From the NCBI GenBank assembly GCA_963846575.1, contig CAWJWJ010000002.1:992001-1056000 (forward strand): 64,000 nt of DNA. Direction: 5' to 3'. This document shows, piece by piece, positions 28,808 to 38,486 of the stretch. The notes below the pieces were generated by a model. That model ran no database searches and was not told the origin of the DNA. It was given only the letters and a program-made list of their open reading frames with translations. How positions within the stretch are numbered: position 1 is the stretch's first letter; the number at the start of each line of letters is the position of its first letter. Source of the DNA: an uncultured Nitrospiraceae bacterium. GTDB taxonomy: Bacteria; Nitrospirota; Nitrospiria; Nitrospirales; Nitrospiraceae. The position numbers and the translations under genes are program-made.

Positions 28808-30070
28808 ATGAAGTTGCACCCCGCAAGGTCGTCGATGGTGGCCAACCTGTTGCTTGCCTTCCTGCTGAGCGGAACCTATGCCGCCACCGTTGCCTTCGGA
28901 CAGAGCACCAATATTGTGGCGACTCCGCCGGGAGTCGGCGGTTTGGGCACGTCGGTCAACACTGCCGGCAACACGACGACCATCACCGGCGGGACGAGGC
29001 CCGGAGGCGGTCCCAACCTCTTTCACAGTTTCAACCAATTCTCAGTTGGAACCGGGGACGTCGCCGCCTTTTCCAACCCTGGAGTGCAAAACATCATCAC
29101 GCGTGTCATGGCCGGTGGCGCGCCGTCGAATATTTATGGGACGATTCAGGCGCTGAATGCCAATTTGTTTTTTCTCAATCCCGCTGGAATCGTCTTCGGG
29201 CCCGCAGCCCAATTGAACGTCACCTTTTCTGCCTATTTCAGCACGGCGCCGCAGCTACGGCTCAGCGGAGGCGGGGTATTTTCAGCCACGCTTCCCGCTC
29301 TGGATTCGACGCTGTCCGTGGGGTCGCCTGTGTCATTCGGATTCCTCGGGGCGGGACCCTATAACCCGATTGTTCTTTCCCCCGGAACGGTCCTGCAGGC
29401 TAATGTGGCGGTGGGATTGATCGGCGGGGCCATACAAATCAACGGATCAAAGATTACAGCGCAGAGAATTATTGTTGGAAGTACCGCCTCGCCGGGCGAT
29501 ATCAGCGCGCAACCTGCGGTGGCAGATCCATTTTCCGGCGCGGTGGGGAACGGTCAGGTTCAGGCCACGCCGGGTACCCTGCTTTTGGCGGGCGGCGGAG
29601 CTGTGATTCCCGCATCGGTAGACGTGTTTCCCAATAACATTGTGGTCCCGGCCGGATCTCAGGTGAATCGAACGACCGTGCCTGGAACGAACCGCGTCAC
29701 GCAGATTGAGGTAGTGGGTGTGCCAGGAAGTACGCTGACTCCTCTCTCGTTTACCACCGCGACCGTGACAACCCCCAATTTCATCGACCCCGTCGTGTTT
29801 CTCAACCGGGCGGCGGTTGTTTTTCCTCAACAAGCACCGACTGCTCCGGCACCATTTTTAACCACCCGCTGTGCTTCACAGAAAAATGGTCAATTTAACA
29901 GTCTGGTTCAAGCGCCCCGGGATGTGACGCCTTCTCAGCCGGGTGTTGCTCTGGCCACCCCCGCGGTACTTCAGGAGGTGGAGAGCGAGCCGGGTGTCCC
30001 TGGCCAGCAGACGGGGCTCAGTCCCAGTACGGTCTCCACCAACGTGGTTGAAACATGGCAGGGATGCTAA
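28808..30070 (+). CDS. Short TpsA exoprotein with filamentous-haemagglutinin N-terminal secretion domain
   Basis: Signal peptide, NLFHSF and NPAGI TPS motifs, and G/T/V/N-rich beta-helix composition; AGGAGG RBS. Confidence 0.88.
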   Translation: MKLHPARSSMVANLLLAFLLSGTYAATVAFGQSTNIVATPPGVGGLGTSVNTAGNTTTITGGTRPGGGPNLFHSFNQFSVGTGDVAAFSNPGVQNIITRVMAGGAPSNIYGTIQALNANLFFLNPAGIVFGPAAQLNVTFSAYFSTAPQLRLSGGGVFSATLPALDSTLSVGSPVSFGFLGAGPYNPIVLSPGTVLQANVAVGLIGGAIQINGSKITAQRIIVGSTASPGDISAQPAVADPFSGAVGNGQVQATPGTLLLAGGGAVIPASVDVFPNNIVVPAGSQVNRTTVPGTNRVTQIEVVGVPGSTLTPLSFTTATVTTPNFIDPVVFLNRAAVVFPQQAPTAPAPFLTTRCASQKNGQFNSLVQAPRDVTPSQPGVALATPAVLQEVESEPGVPGQQTGLSPSTVSTNVVETWQGC

Positions 30071-30088
30071 CCCGCTCAGGAGGACGTC

Positions 30089-32569
30089 ATGCCAACGAGC
30101 CCTAAGAATGTCAATCGTGACGACACGCGGGCCGGGAAACCGTTATGCTCTCAACGGCTCAGGCACCCGTCATCCAGAACGCTGAAGACCTTGGGGTTTG
30201 GACTGGGCGTGATTGCGGCCGGTTTAATGGCTTGGCCCGTTCTGGGATCGCCGATACTCTCATCCTCCCCGTCTCCCGCTCACGAGATGCAACAAGGCCG
30301 CGCACAGTTTCAGCAAGGGGGATTTGCCCAGGCGGCGATGCATTGGATGACGGCCGCGCGGCTCTATGAAGAAAACGGGCAAGCCAAAGAACAGTGTCAG
30401 GCTTTGATAAATCTGTCGCATGCGTTACAGCAGGAGGGGCAGATTCGCCGCGCACAATCAACGTTGCAGACTGCGCTCAACCTGTCCGAAGGTCTGGGCA
30501 ACCGGTTATTGACGGCGACCATTCTCGGGCAGCTGGGCACTACTTCACACGCATTAGGGAAGGAAGAGCCTGCGACAGAACATTTGACCAAAGCGTTGGC
30601 GTTGGCGCGAGAAGAGCAGCAACCCGCATTGGTCGCCGGGATACTCAACGATTTAGGGAACACGCTGGTAGCCCGCCGCCAATTTGCTGAAGCCATCGAC
30701 GTCTATGCGGAAAGCCGCAGTTTGGCCCGCGAAACAAATCAGCCGATCCTGGCGGTCACGGCTGAGGTCAACGGGGCCGCGGCGCTGGTGCAGGACGAGC
30801 AGCTGAGTCAGGCGCAACGGCAATTCGATCAGGCCCTCGCGAATGTGCAGAGGCTGGAGGACGGCCAGCCGAAGACGGCCGGACTGCTGAACATCGGGTT
30901 AGGATATCAAGACCTTCACCGGGCGATGATGAGGGCGCGGCAGAATTCTCATGGCGAACGATCGCTGGCGGGAAGAAAGCAGGATCGAGGCAGTGCGGGT
31001 GAACGGGGAGGAGGCACGATGACGGGTGCCGCCTTGCTTCGACAGTCATCCGAGGCGTTGACCGCTGCCGGCGAAGTGGCTACGCGGACTGGCGATGCCC
31101 GCGGGCAATCCTACGCCTATGGCTATCAGGGTGAACTCCTAGAGAAGGAGCACCGCAATGCCGAGGCTCTGGAGTACGCACGAAAGGCGACCTTCGCTGC
31201 ACAAAAGGTGAATGCGCCGGAATCGCTCTACCGGTGGCAATGGCAGACGGCGCGGTTGCTGAAAGCGAACGGAAAAGAAGATGAAGCCCTGGCGGCCTAC
31301 CAGCGCGCAGTGACGCTACTGAAACCCATCCGATACGAATACTCCGTGGGATATCAAAATCGTCACCATTCTTTTTACGATTCCGTCGCACCCCTGTTTG
31401 TAGAATACGAAGATGTCCTGTTGCGCCGGGCTTCGGCGGCGAAGAGCCCGGAACAAAGTGAACAGTGGCTCGTACAGGTGAAAGAGACGGTCGAAACGTC
31501 GCACGCCGCCGAGTTGCAGGACTATTTTCAGGAGGACTGTGTCGGAGCCACACGAGCGCACGGTCGCAAGATGGAGATCCCGCACGGAACGGCGGTATTG
31601 TACCCGATTTCATTTGCGGATCGTCTTGAACTGGTGGTGGAGACGGCTGACGGCTTGAAACAGGTGACGGTACCCGTCGGCGCGGATAAACTGACGAAGG
31701 ATATCCGGACGTTCAGGAGGCTGGTCCAGGACCAGCGCTCACAGGGTTACCTGCCTGTCGCGCAGACATTGCATGGGTGGCTGATGGCGCCCCTTGAACA
31801 GAATCTGCAAGCGGCAAGTATCACCACCCTTGTCGTGGTGGCTCAGGGATCGCTTCGCACAATTCCGTTGGGGGCATTGCATGATGGTCGGCAATTTGTC
31901 GTGGATAAGCTTGCCGTGGCCGTGACGCCGAGCCTGGAAATGACCGATCCGCCGACCGCTTCGAGGCCCAAGGGAACGCTCCTGTCGGTCGGCTTGACCG
32001 AGTCCGTCGAAGGCATGGCTGCTCCGCAATATGCGGACGCAGAGGTCCAGGCCATCAGGACCTTGTACGGCGGACGACTCTTGATGAACAAGCAGTTCTC
32101 CACGGCCACCCTCGAGGAAGAAATCAAGGATCAGGATGTGGGCATCGTCCACGTGGTCTCGCACACGGTCGTCGCGAACGATCCACGGGAATCGTTCGTG
32201 CTGGCCCATGACGGTCGCATTACCATGGATCGGCTGGCCCAACTCGTGGGACTGCAACAATACCGACAACAACCGCTCAATCTTCTGACTCTCAGCGCCT
32301 GTGAAACTCCGGCCGACGATGACCGTGCGGCACTCGGCCTGACCGGTATTGCGGTGAAGACTGGCGCAAGAACCGCATTGGCTTCGCTGTGGATCGCGGA
32401 GGATGAGACCACATCCGAGCTGATCACCGAATTTTATCGACAGTTGCAGGATCCCGGGACTTCGAAGGCAGTTGCCCTGCAGCGGGCTCAGCAAAAGATC
32501 CTGGCGCAACGCGGTCACGGCCATCCAAGCTATTGGGCAGCCTTTCTGTTAATCAACAACTGGATGTGA
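30089..32569 (+). CDS. TPR-repeat plus CHAT (caspase-like) domain protein with N-terminal hydrophobic segment
   Basis: TPR-like repeats; CHAT motifs LRTIPLGALHDG, HVVSH, LTLSACET, ASLW and HPSYWAAF. Confidence 0.9.
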   Translation: MPTSPKNVNRDDTRAGKPLCSQRLRHPSSRTLKTLGFGLGVIAAGLMAWPVLGSPILSSSPSPAHEMQQGRAQFQQGGFAQAAMHWMTAARLYEENGQAKEQCQALINLSHALQQEGQIRRAQSTLQTALNLSEGLGNRLLTATILGQLGTTSHALGKEEPATEHLTKALALAREEQQPALVAGILNDLGNTLVARRQFAEAIDVYAESRSLARETNQPILAVTAEVNGAAALVQDEQLSQAQRQFDQALANVQRLEDGQPKTAGLLNIGLGYQDLHRAMMRARQNSHGERSLAGRKQDRGSAGERGGGTMTGAALLRQSSEALTAAGEVATRTGDARGQSYAYGYQGELLEKEHRNAEALEYARKATFAAQKVNAPESLYRWQWQTARLLKANGKEDEALAAYQRAVTLLKPIRYEYSVGYQNRHHSFYDSVAPLFVEYEDVLLRRASAAKSPEQSEQWLVQVKETVETSHAAELQDYFQEDCVGATRAHGRKMEIPHGTAVLYPISFADRLELVVETADGLKQVTVPVGADKLTKDIRTFRRLVQDQRSQGYLPVAQTLHGWLMAPLEQNLQAASITTLVVVAQGSLRTIPLGALHDGRQFVVDKLAVAVTPSLEMTDPPTASRPKGTLLSVGLTESVEGMAAPQYADAEVQAIRTLYGGRLLMNKQFSTATLEEEIKDQDVGIVHVVSHTVVANDPRESFVLAHDGRITMDRLAQLVGLQQYRQQPLNLLTLSACETPADDDRAALGLTGIAVKTGARTALASLWIAEDETTSELITEFYRQLQDPGTSKAVALQRAQQKILAQRGHGHPSYWAAFLLINNWM

Positions 32570-32711
32570 TCAGGAAGCTGCTTCTGATCGCTGAGGCTCA
32601 GTGCGGTCCGTTCGCAGGCTGGAATGGATAGCAGGCGATATTCCGAAGGCTTCAACCCCGGAAGTCGTGATGCTGATGAACCGGAAGACGCAGGCGGGAC
32701 CGCTCAGGATG

Positions 32712-33386
32712 TTACAGTTTCTTTCCGGTCATGATCTCGTAGGCTTCCTCAATCGTGCCGACTTCTCGAACCCAAACATTCGATTCAATATTGAACGCCA
32801 CTCGATTGATTCGAGGGGCGTAGAACTGACCCCTCGGAACCAACAGCATGCGGTATCCTGCACGAGCCGCTGCCGTCGTCTTCTCAGCTACCTGCGTGAC
32901 GTGACCGATCGTACCATCATTTTCCAATGTGCCGGTGATTGTGATTTCCTTGCTCAACGTATCTCCCTTGAGCAATGCCAGAAAACCGATAGTCAAACCG
33001 GCTTCTGCAGTTGAGCCTTCCTGGCTGAGCGGCCCGGCAAACGAGGCATACAGGGAGACGACACCGGTCGGACGGACCGACGGGGCGAGACGCCCTACCG
33101 CAAACCGGAACGCGCGGTGAATGGAGCCCATGCCGGCGCCTCTCACGGGCACTTGGCTCCTTCCCCATCGCAAGGCCAACGGGTCCGGCTGGTTCCCCTC
33201 GTCCCATTTCATCACGAAGGTGGGAAATCCTGCGTGATGGTCGATGGCGATCGTGAGGGAGATCGGCACTGTGACGGTTCGACTGGCGGAAGCTGCGGGG
33301 GCAAGCAGTAGCAGGAAGCCAATCAGGGACGTCATGACGACAGTAATTGTCGATGTGAACGACGGATGGATAGTGATTGTGCGCAT
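32712..33386 (-). CDS. Exported Lon-protease (S16) C-terminal-domain-like protein
   Basis: Signal peptide; EGSTAEAG...ITGTLENDGTIGHVTQVAEKTTAA...LLVP resembles Lon DGPSAG...TGEI...GG..EK..AA. Confidence 0.75.
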   Translation of the reverse strand: MRTITIHPSFTSTITVVMTSLIGFLLLLAPAASASRTVTVPISLTIAIDHHAGFPTFVMKWDEGNQPDPLALRWGRSQVPVRGAGMGSIHRAFRFAVGRLAPSVRPTGVVSLYASFAGPLSQEGSTAEAGLTIGFLALLKGDTLSKEITITGTLENDGTIGHVTQVAEKTTAAARAGYRMLLVPRGQFYAPRINRVAFNIESNVWVREVGTIEEAYEIMTGKKL

Positions 33387-33392
33387 GAATCA

Positions 33393-33420
33393 AGTCTAGA
33401 TGAGGGTTGTCGATTGTCAA
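33393..33420 (-). promoter_or_regulatory. sigma70 promoter of the Lon-like gene
   Basis: TTGACA (33420-33415)-16-TAGACT (33398-33393), 6 nt before the ATG. Confidence 0.65.
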
Positions 33421-33661
33421 ATGGAGGCCGGCCAACCCTCACGCACGCCCCTGGTCCCCGTCAGGCGCTGCTGGCATGAGTCAGGTAAACCGCGAAGATT
33501 ACAGTATTCTTGTCGCTGCCCCTGCCGATTCCCTACTGAAAAATCCAGCCGGACGAATCACCGCAGTCTAGGATGTCTCTTGCACGATGCGCATGGTACT
33601 CTGAGACCGTTTTCATCACGACAGTGCGGTCACCAGGGTCGAGAAGGCGCGAGAAACATGC

Positions 33662-34531
33662 ATGCCCATGTCTGAACAGCGCACGGTGGTCATCACCGGG
33701 GCCTCTTCGGGAATCGGAGCGGCCTGTGCGCGATATCTTGACGCACGCGGGTTCACGGTCTGGGCCGGCGTCCGGCGCAAGGAGGACGGAGAGGAGCTTG
33801 CACGTTTGAGTTCGACCCGTCTCCGTGTGCTCATGCTCGATGTGACGAGTGAGGGGTCGATCGCTGAGGCCGCCCGGATGCTCACGGACAGGCTTGGCGA
33901 GGCGGGGCTGTCAGGCCTGGTGAACAATGCCGGCATCTCCGTTGCAGGACCTATGGAACTGCTGCCCCTTTCTGACGTGCGCGCTCAATTCGAAGTCAAT
34001 GTCATCGGCGTGCTGGCGATGACTCAGGCATTGTTGCCATTGTTGAGGAGAGGGCAGGGGCGTCTCGTCAATATCAGCTCGATTGCGGGAAGAGCGTCGA
34101 CTCCGTTTCTCGGTGCCTACTGCGGCTCGAAGTTTGCGCTCGAGGCGATGAGCGACGCCTTGCGCTTGGAACTGGCACCATGGGGGATCGCGGTTTCCCT
34201 GGTGGAGCCAGGCGCGGTCCAGTCGCAGATCTGGGAACGTGCCTCCATGTCGGCCGACCATCTGCTTGGCGGCGTGGCGCCGGAACTGTTACGGCTCTAC
34301 GAAGCACCGATCGCGCGTATGCGCGATGTGATGGCGAGGGCGGCTGCACGTGCGATCCCGGCCGATGTCGTTGCGCAGGCCGTGACCCATGCACTGACCG
34401 CCTCCCGTCCACAGGAACGGTATCTGGTGGGTAAAGATGCGCGGTTCAGGGCCTTGCTGAAATGGATCCTTTCCGATCGTGCGCATGATCGCCTGATTGC
34501 ATGGTTCTTGGGATTGTCGCACCATGGGTAA
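33662..34531 (+). CDS. Short-chain dehydrogenase/reductase
   Basis: TGASSGIG, NNAG and YCGSK motifs. Confidence 0.92.
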   Translation: MPMSEQRTVVITGASSGIGAACARYLDARGFTVWAGVRRKEDGEELARLSSTRLRVLMLDVTSEGSIAEAARMLTDRLGEAGLSGLVNNAGISVAGPMELLPLSDVRAQFEVNVIGVLAMTQALLPLLRRGQGRLVNISSIAGRASTPFLGAYCGSKFALEAMSDALRLELAPWGIAVSLVEPGAVQSQIWERASMSADHLLGGVAPELLRLYEAPIARMRDVMARAAARAIPADVVAQAVTHALTASRPQERYLVGKDARFRALLKWILSDRAHDRLIAWFLGLSHHG

Positions 34532-34639
34532 GCAGTGACGATTTCCGAGACATGACCAGCCAGCTGTCCTATTTCCGGGGAGGGCGGCAGCATTTCGAAC
34601 GGAGCAAACGGGGATGCGTCAATCACGTGGAAACATCTC

Positions 34640-35062
34640 ATGTCTGAACCAGGGCTAGTGCGGTCTGCGGGTGGCGTTGTGCTACGGCAACAGGACGTCT
34701 TGCTGATTCGCGTGTCTGATCTGAAAGGCCGTGCGATCTGGTCATTCCCCAAGGGCCGGTTGGATGCCGGCGAGACTCCGGCCCAGGCCGCGATACGGGA
34801 GGTGTTGGAAGAAACAGGGTGGCGCTGCCGCATCGAGGCAGATCTGTCGACCACGGAATATTGGTTTCAACGAGAGGGCCGACGGTTCCGTAAAACGGTC
34901 GTATGGTTCAAGATGATCCCGATCGAACAAGCCGGTGTGCCTGACGGAGAAGTTGAGGATGTGCAGTGGGTGGAACGTCAGGAGGCACTCGCCCGTTTAA
35001 GTTATGCTTCGGATGTGGCCTTATTGTCTCTAGCCATGGCGCACCGACCCTCCGCTTCGTGA
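34640..35062 (+). CDS. NUDIX hydrolase
   Basis: Nudix box PKGRLDAGETPAQAAIREVLEETG. Confidence 0.92.
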   Translation: MSEPGLVRSAGGVVLRQQDVLLIRVSDLKGRAIWSFPKGRLDAGETPAQAAIREVLEETGWRCRIEADLSTTEYWFQREGRRFRKTVVWFKMIPIEQAGVPDGEVEDVQWVERQEALARLSYASDVALLSLAMAHRPSAS

Positions 35063-35144
35063 CCTTCCGTTCTCCGTGATAGTGTCGGTGTGGAATGTTC
35101 CAGATTCCCTTGCGTCGCAGGAGGCCCGGTGCGGCCTGCTCGTC

Positions 35145-35173
35145 TTGACAAGCCTTTTTCCCTTTACTAGACT
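35145..35173 (+). promoter_or_regulatory. sigma70 promoter of the kinase/regulator pair
   Basis: TTGACA-17-TAGACT. Confidence 0.7.
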
Positions 35174-35314
35174 CGCGCGATGATGATCTTCTGTCTCGAT
35201 CTGCAAGGTAGTGCCCGGTAACGCGCCTCACCCTCGCGCTCGGCATCATCGAACGAACGTCAGGCGACGGCACGGCCGGTATCAATCCTCAATCGTCGAT
35301 GAGAGGGTCCGTCT

Positions 35315-38300
35315 GTGTATAGTCTGGCTCGCTTTTCCTTACTGGAAATGACCGAATGTTCGGCTGTGTTGCGCCAGCTCGGAGAGCATTCCCGGTCACT
35401 GCGGGATGTCGCCGAACGCACGGTGGACTATCTGTATTCCATCCTTGGAGATCCCCATACGGGGACGCGCGATTGTGTCTTGGTTCGCTGTTTCAGGACC
35501 ATGGCTTATAGTCGTCTTGAGCCGCTGGTGCAGCAGATCGCCCGTGAAAAATTGGGCGGTCTCAGTCCCTCTCCGGACTTGAAGTGCTTCGCGTTGATCG
35601 CAACGGCTGGTGAACAGCCGGATTGGAATCGGGTTGAATTGTCACATCATTATCGGGTGATCCCGATGGTCAATGCCGATTTCGTCAAACAATTCCCGAT
35701 GTTCTCCCAGCTCCTGCATCAGTTCGGTGTGCCCGCGGCTTTCGACGTGACCCCTCATGCCGAATGCCTGGTCGATCTCGAAGAGAAAACCTACAACGTC
35801 TTTTATGTGCCGGACGCCCTGGACAGTCCCTACGTACCCGTCCAGGAGGAGTTTGTCCGGAAGCATGGGGTGAAGTCAGTCCTGTGTTTCGGCGGCATGT
35901 TACCCTCGCGGGATTTGTTTGCCGTGATTTTGTTTTCGAAAACTGCGGTGCCCCGTGAGACGGCGACGCTGTGCAAGTCGTTGGCGCTCAGCATGAAGAC
36001 CTCACTGCTGGCCTTCGATGAAAGGGCTGAAGAAGAGCCCGGAACGGAGAGGCGATCAGCAATGCCGGTCGGAGCGAGCCCGGACCGCGCGCTGACGGCC
36101 AGACAGCAATCCCGCATCGGGGTTGCCGAACAGTTGCTGCAGGTCTATGAAGACGCGGTTCGGACTCAATCGGCCGGCATTGCGCAAGCCCAGCAAGCGT
36201 TTCGGGACCGGGCCGATGCGCTGGAGCGATCCGAACGTGCATTGCATGAGCAGACTCGAATCGTGAACTCCATTCTGCGAAGTATGGGTGACGGCGTAGT
36301 AGTCACGGATGAAGGGGGCAGGTTAGTGGTCGCGAACCCGGCCATCGAGAGTATCCTGGGATTTTCCCCGGGGACCGTGCCTCCTATCGAATGGCCTCAG
36401 CACTATCAATTTTTCCATGCCGACATGGTGACCCCGTTTCAACGACACGAATGGCCGTTGGTCCGCGCGCTGGAGGGAGAGAAAATCGATTGGCTGGAAG
36501 TGTACATCCGGGCTTCGCACGATGCGCCAGGGCGCTGGATCAGCATCAATGCTCGATCGATGACGGACGATGACGGCACGGTGCGAGGGACCGTGGCGGT
36601 GTTTCATGACATCACCTGGCTCAAACGGGCGCAGGATGCCCTCTCTGAATCTGAAGACCGATTCCGTAGTGTAGTGGAGGGCGCGCGGGACATCATTTTC
36701 ACCATTTCCGTGGATCGTACCGTGACCTCGCTCAATCCTGCCTTCGAGTCGGTCACCGCCTGGCCGCGTTCGCAATGGATCGGAGAGCCGTTAGTCGACC
36801 TCTTGCATCCTGACGACACCGGCTTTTGTCAGGATGTCGTGCAGGCCATACTCGAACGCGGGGCGCCGCTGACCTGTTCCATGCGAATTCGTATGAAATC
36901 CGGCGGGTACATTACGGGAGAATTCGTGGGAACTCCCCAAATCCTGCAGGGCCGGGTGGTCGGCGTGTTGGGTATCATCCGGGATGTCACGGAACGGCGG
37001 CGGATCGAAGACGCATTACGCATCAGCGAAGAACGGCTGCGGTCCATTGTTCAGTCGACGACTGATGCCATCGTGCTGGTGAATGTGCAGATGAAAGTGG
37101 CCTTCTGGAACAAAGGCGCGGAAGAGATTTTCGGCTATGGAGCCGAGGACATCATCGGGCAGCCGGCGACCACCTTCATACAAGGCCGGCATCATGAGCA
37201 GTTGGAACGTCATGTGCAGTACGTGCGATTGCTCCATGGCCCGCACCTGGCGAACAGGACCCTGGAACTGGTGGGGAGGCGAAAGGCCGGCAGCGAATTT
37301 CCGCTGGAGTTGAGTGTGACATCCTGGAAAGGGAAGGCGGATCTTTTTTTTACGATCATTATGCGCGATATTAGTGAACGGCGGTCAGCAGAACAGCAAC
37401 TGGATCGCTTGCATCACCACAATCAGGTTGTGCTGAACTCCGCAGGCGAGGGGATCTACGGATTGGATCGTGACGGCCGCCTGACGTTTGTTAATCCGGC
37501 GGCAGCCAAAATGTTCGGTTGGGAGGCCCAGGCCCTGATCGGCCAATCGCTCCATGCCCTGGTGCAGGCGGCGGATTCCCGTGAGGTGCCGTTGGCGGAT
37601 CAGGGATGTCCCATTGTGGAGACGATTACGAAAGGCGACCTGCGGGAACATGTGGATAGTACCTTCTGGAGAAAAGACGGAACCAGTTTTCCCGTTGAGT
37701 ATGTCAGTACGCCGATTCACGAGCGGGGGGAGATCGTCGGGGCCGTGGTCGTGTTCAAAGATACGACAGAGCGCAAACGTGCGGAGGCGCAGTTGCAGGA
37801 CTCATTGCGGCGGTTGCGAAAACTTTCGGGCCGGATGGAGGGAATTCGAGAGGAAGAGCGAGGACGCATCGCGCGTGAATTGCACGATGAACTGGGCGTC
37901 GGATTGACCTGCCTGAAGATCGATCTGTCTCGACTGGGCGGGCTGATCGGGGAACGTCTGACATCGCGGGACCGTGCCAAGGTGGACGAAAAAGTCCGGG
38001 GCATGAAAGAACAGATCGATAGCACGATCACTTCCGTCCAACGGATCGTGGCGGAATTGCGCCCCGGCGTGCTCGATGACCTGGGGCTGGTGGCGGCGAT
38101 CGAATGGCAATGCCGTGACTTCCAACGGCGCACCGGGATGGTATGTTGCTGTACCGTCAGTCATGAAGATTTACGGGTGAACCCCGAGCATGCCACGGCG
38201 GTCTTCCGGATCTGTCAGGAGGCGCTGACCAATGTGACACGCCATGCTCATGCGACTGAGGTGCACGTGCGGTTGGACGACGAAGGCGTGGGGTTGATGT

Positions 38301-38467
38301 TGCAGGTGAAGGACAACGGCCGGGGCATTCCGCCTGATCGGCTGACTGGTGCCAAGTCGTTCGGCCTCTTAGGCATGCGTGAACGCGCCGGGTTGCTGGG
38401 CGGAGACGTACAGATCATTACCCGCGAAGGCGAAGGGACCACGATCCTGCTCCATTTGCCTCGGTGA
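35315..38467 (+). CDS. Cytoplasmic multi-PAS sensor histidine kinase (HisKA_3 type)
   Basis: Four PAS/PAC repeats, IARELHDELG H-box, QEALTNV.RHA, DNGRG and GLLGMRER; no transmembrane segment seen. Confidence 0.93.
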   Translation: MYSLARFSLLEMTECSAVLRQLGEHSRSLRDVAERTVDYLYSILGDPHTGTRDCVLVRCFRTMAYSRLEPLVQQIAREKLGGLSPSPDLKCFALIATAGEQPDWNRVELSHHYRVIPMVNADFVKQFPMFSQLLHQFGVPAAFDVTPHAECLVDLEEKTYNVFYVPDALDSPYVPVQEEFVRKHGVKSVLCFGGMLPSRDLFAVILFSKTAVPRETATLCKSLALSMKTSLLAFDERAEEEPGTERRSAMPVGASPDRALTARQQSRIGVAEQLLQVYEDAVRTQSAGIAQAQQAFRDRADALERSERALHEQTRIVNSILRSMGDGVVVTDEGGRLVVANPAIESILGFSPGTVPPIEWPQHYQFFHADMVTPFQRHEWPLVRALEGEKIDWLEVYIRASHDAPGRWISINARSMTDDDGTVRGTVAVFHDITWLKRAQDALSESEDRFRSVVEGARDIIFTISVDRTVTSLNPAFESVTAWPRSQWIGEPLVDLLHPDDTGFCQDVVQAILERGAPLTCSMRIRMKSGGYITGEFVGTPQILQGRVVGVLGIIRDVTERRRIEDALRISEERLRSIVQSTTDAIVLVNVQMKVAFWNKGAEEIFGYGAEDIIGQPATTFIQGRHHEQLERHVQYVRLLHGPHLANRTLELVGRRKAGSEFPLELSVTSWKGKADLFFTIIMRDISERRSAEQQLDRLHHHNQVVLNSAGEGIYGLDRDGRLTFVNPAAAKMFGWEAQALIGQSLHALVQAADSREVPLADQGCPIVETITKGDLREHVDSTFWRKDGTSFPVEYVSTPIHERGEIVGAVVVFKDTTERKRAEAQLQDSLRRLRKLSGRMEGIREEERGRIARELHDELGVGLTCLKIDLSRLGGLIGERLTSRDRAKVDEKVRGMKEQIDSTITSVQRIVAELRPGVLDDLGLVAAIEWQCRDFQRRTGMVCCCTVSHEDLRVNPEHATAVFRICQEALTNVTRHAHATEVHVRLDDEGVGLMLQVKDNGRGIPPDRLTGAKSFGLLGMRERAGLLGGDVQIITREGEGTTILLHLPR

Positions 38468-38486
38468 GAAGGAGAGCTCTGGAATC

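Noticed and set aside
28808..30070. Contact-dependent inhibition (CdiA) toxin
   Set aside because: Too short, with no pre-toxin or toxin domain and no immunity gene.
37030..37390. FixL-like heme-binding PAS domain
   Set aside because: By eye the proximal His position aligns to Leu, so heme binding is not supported without modelling.
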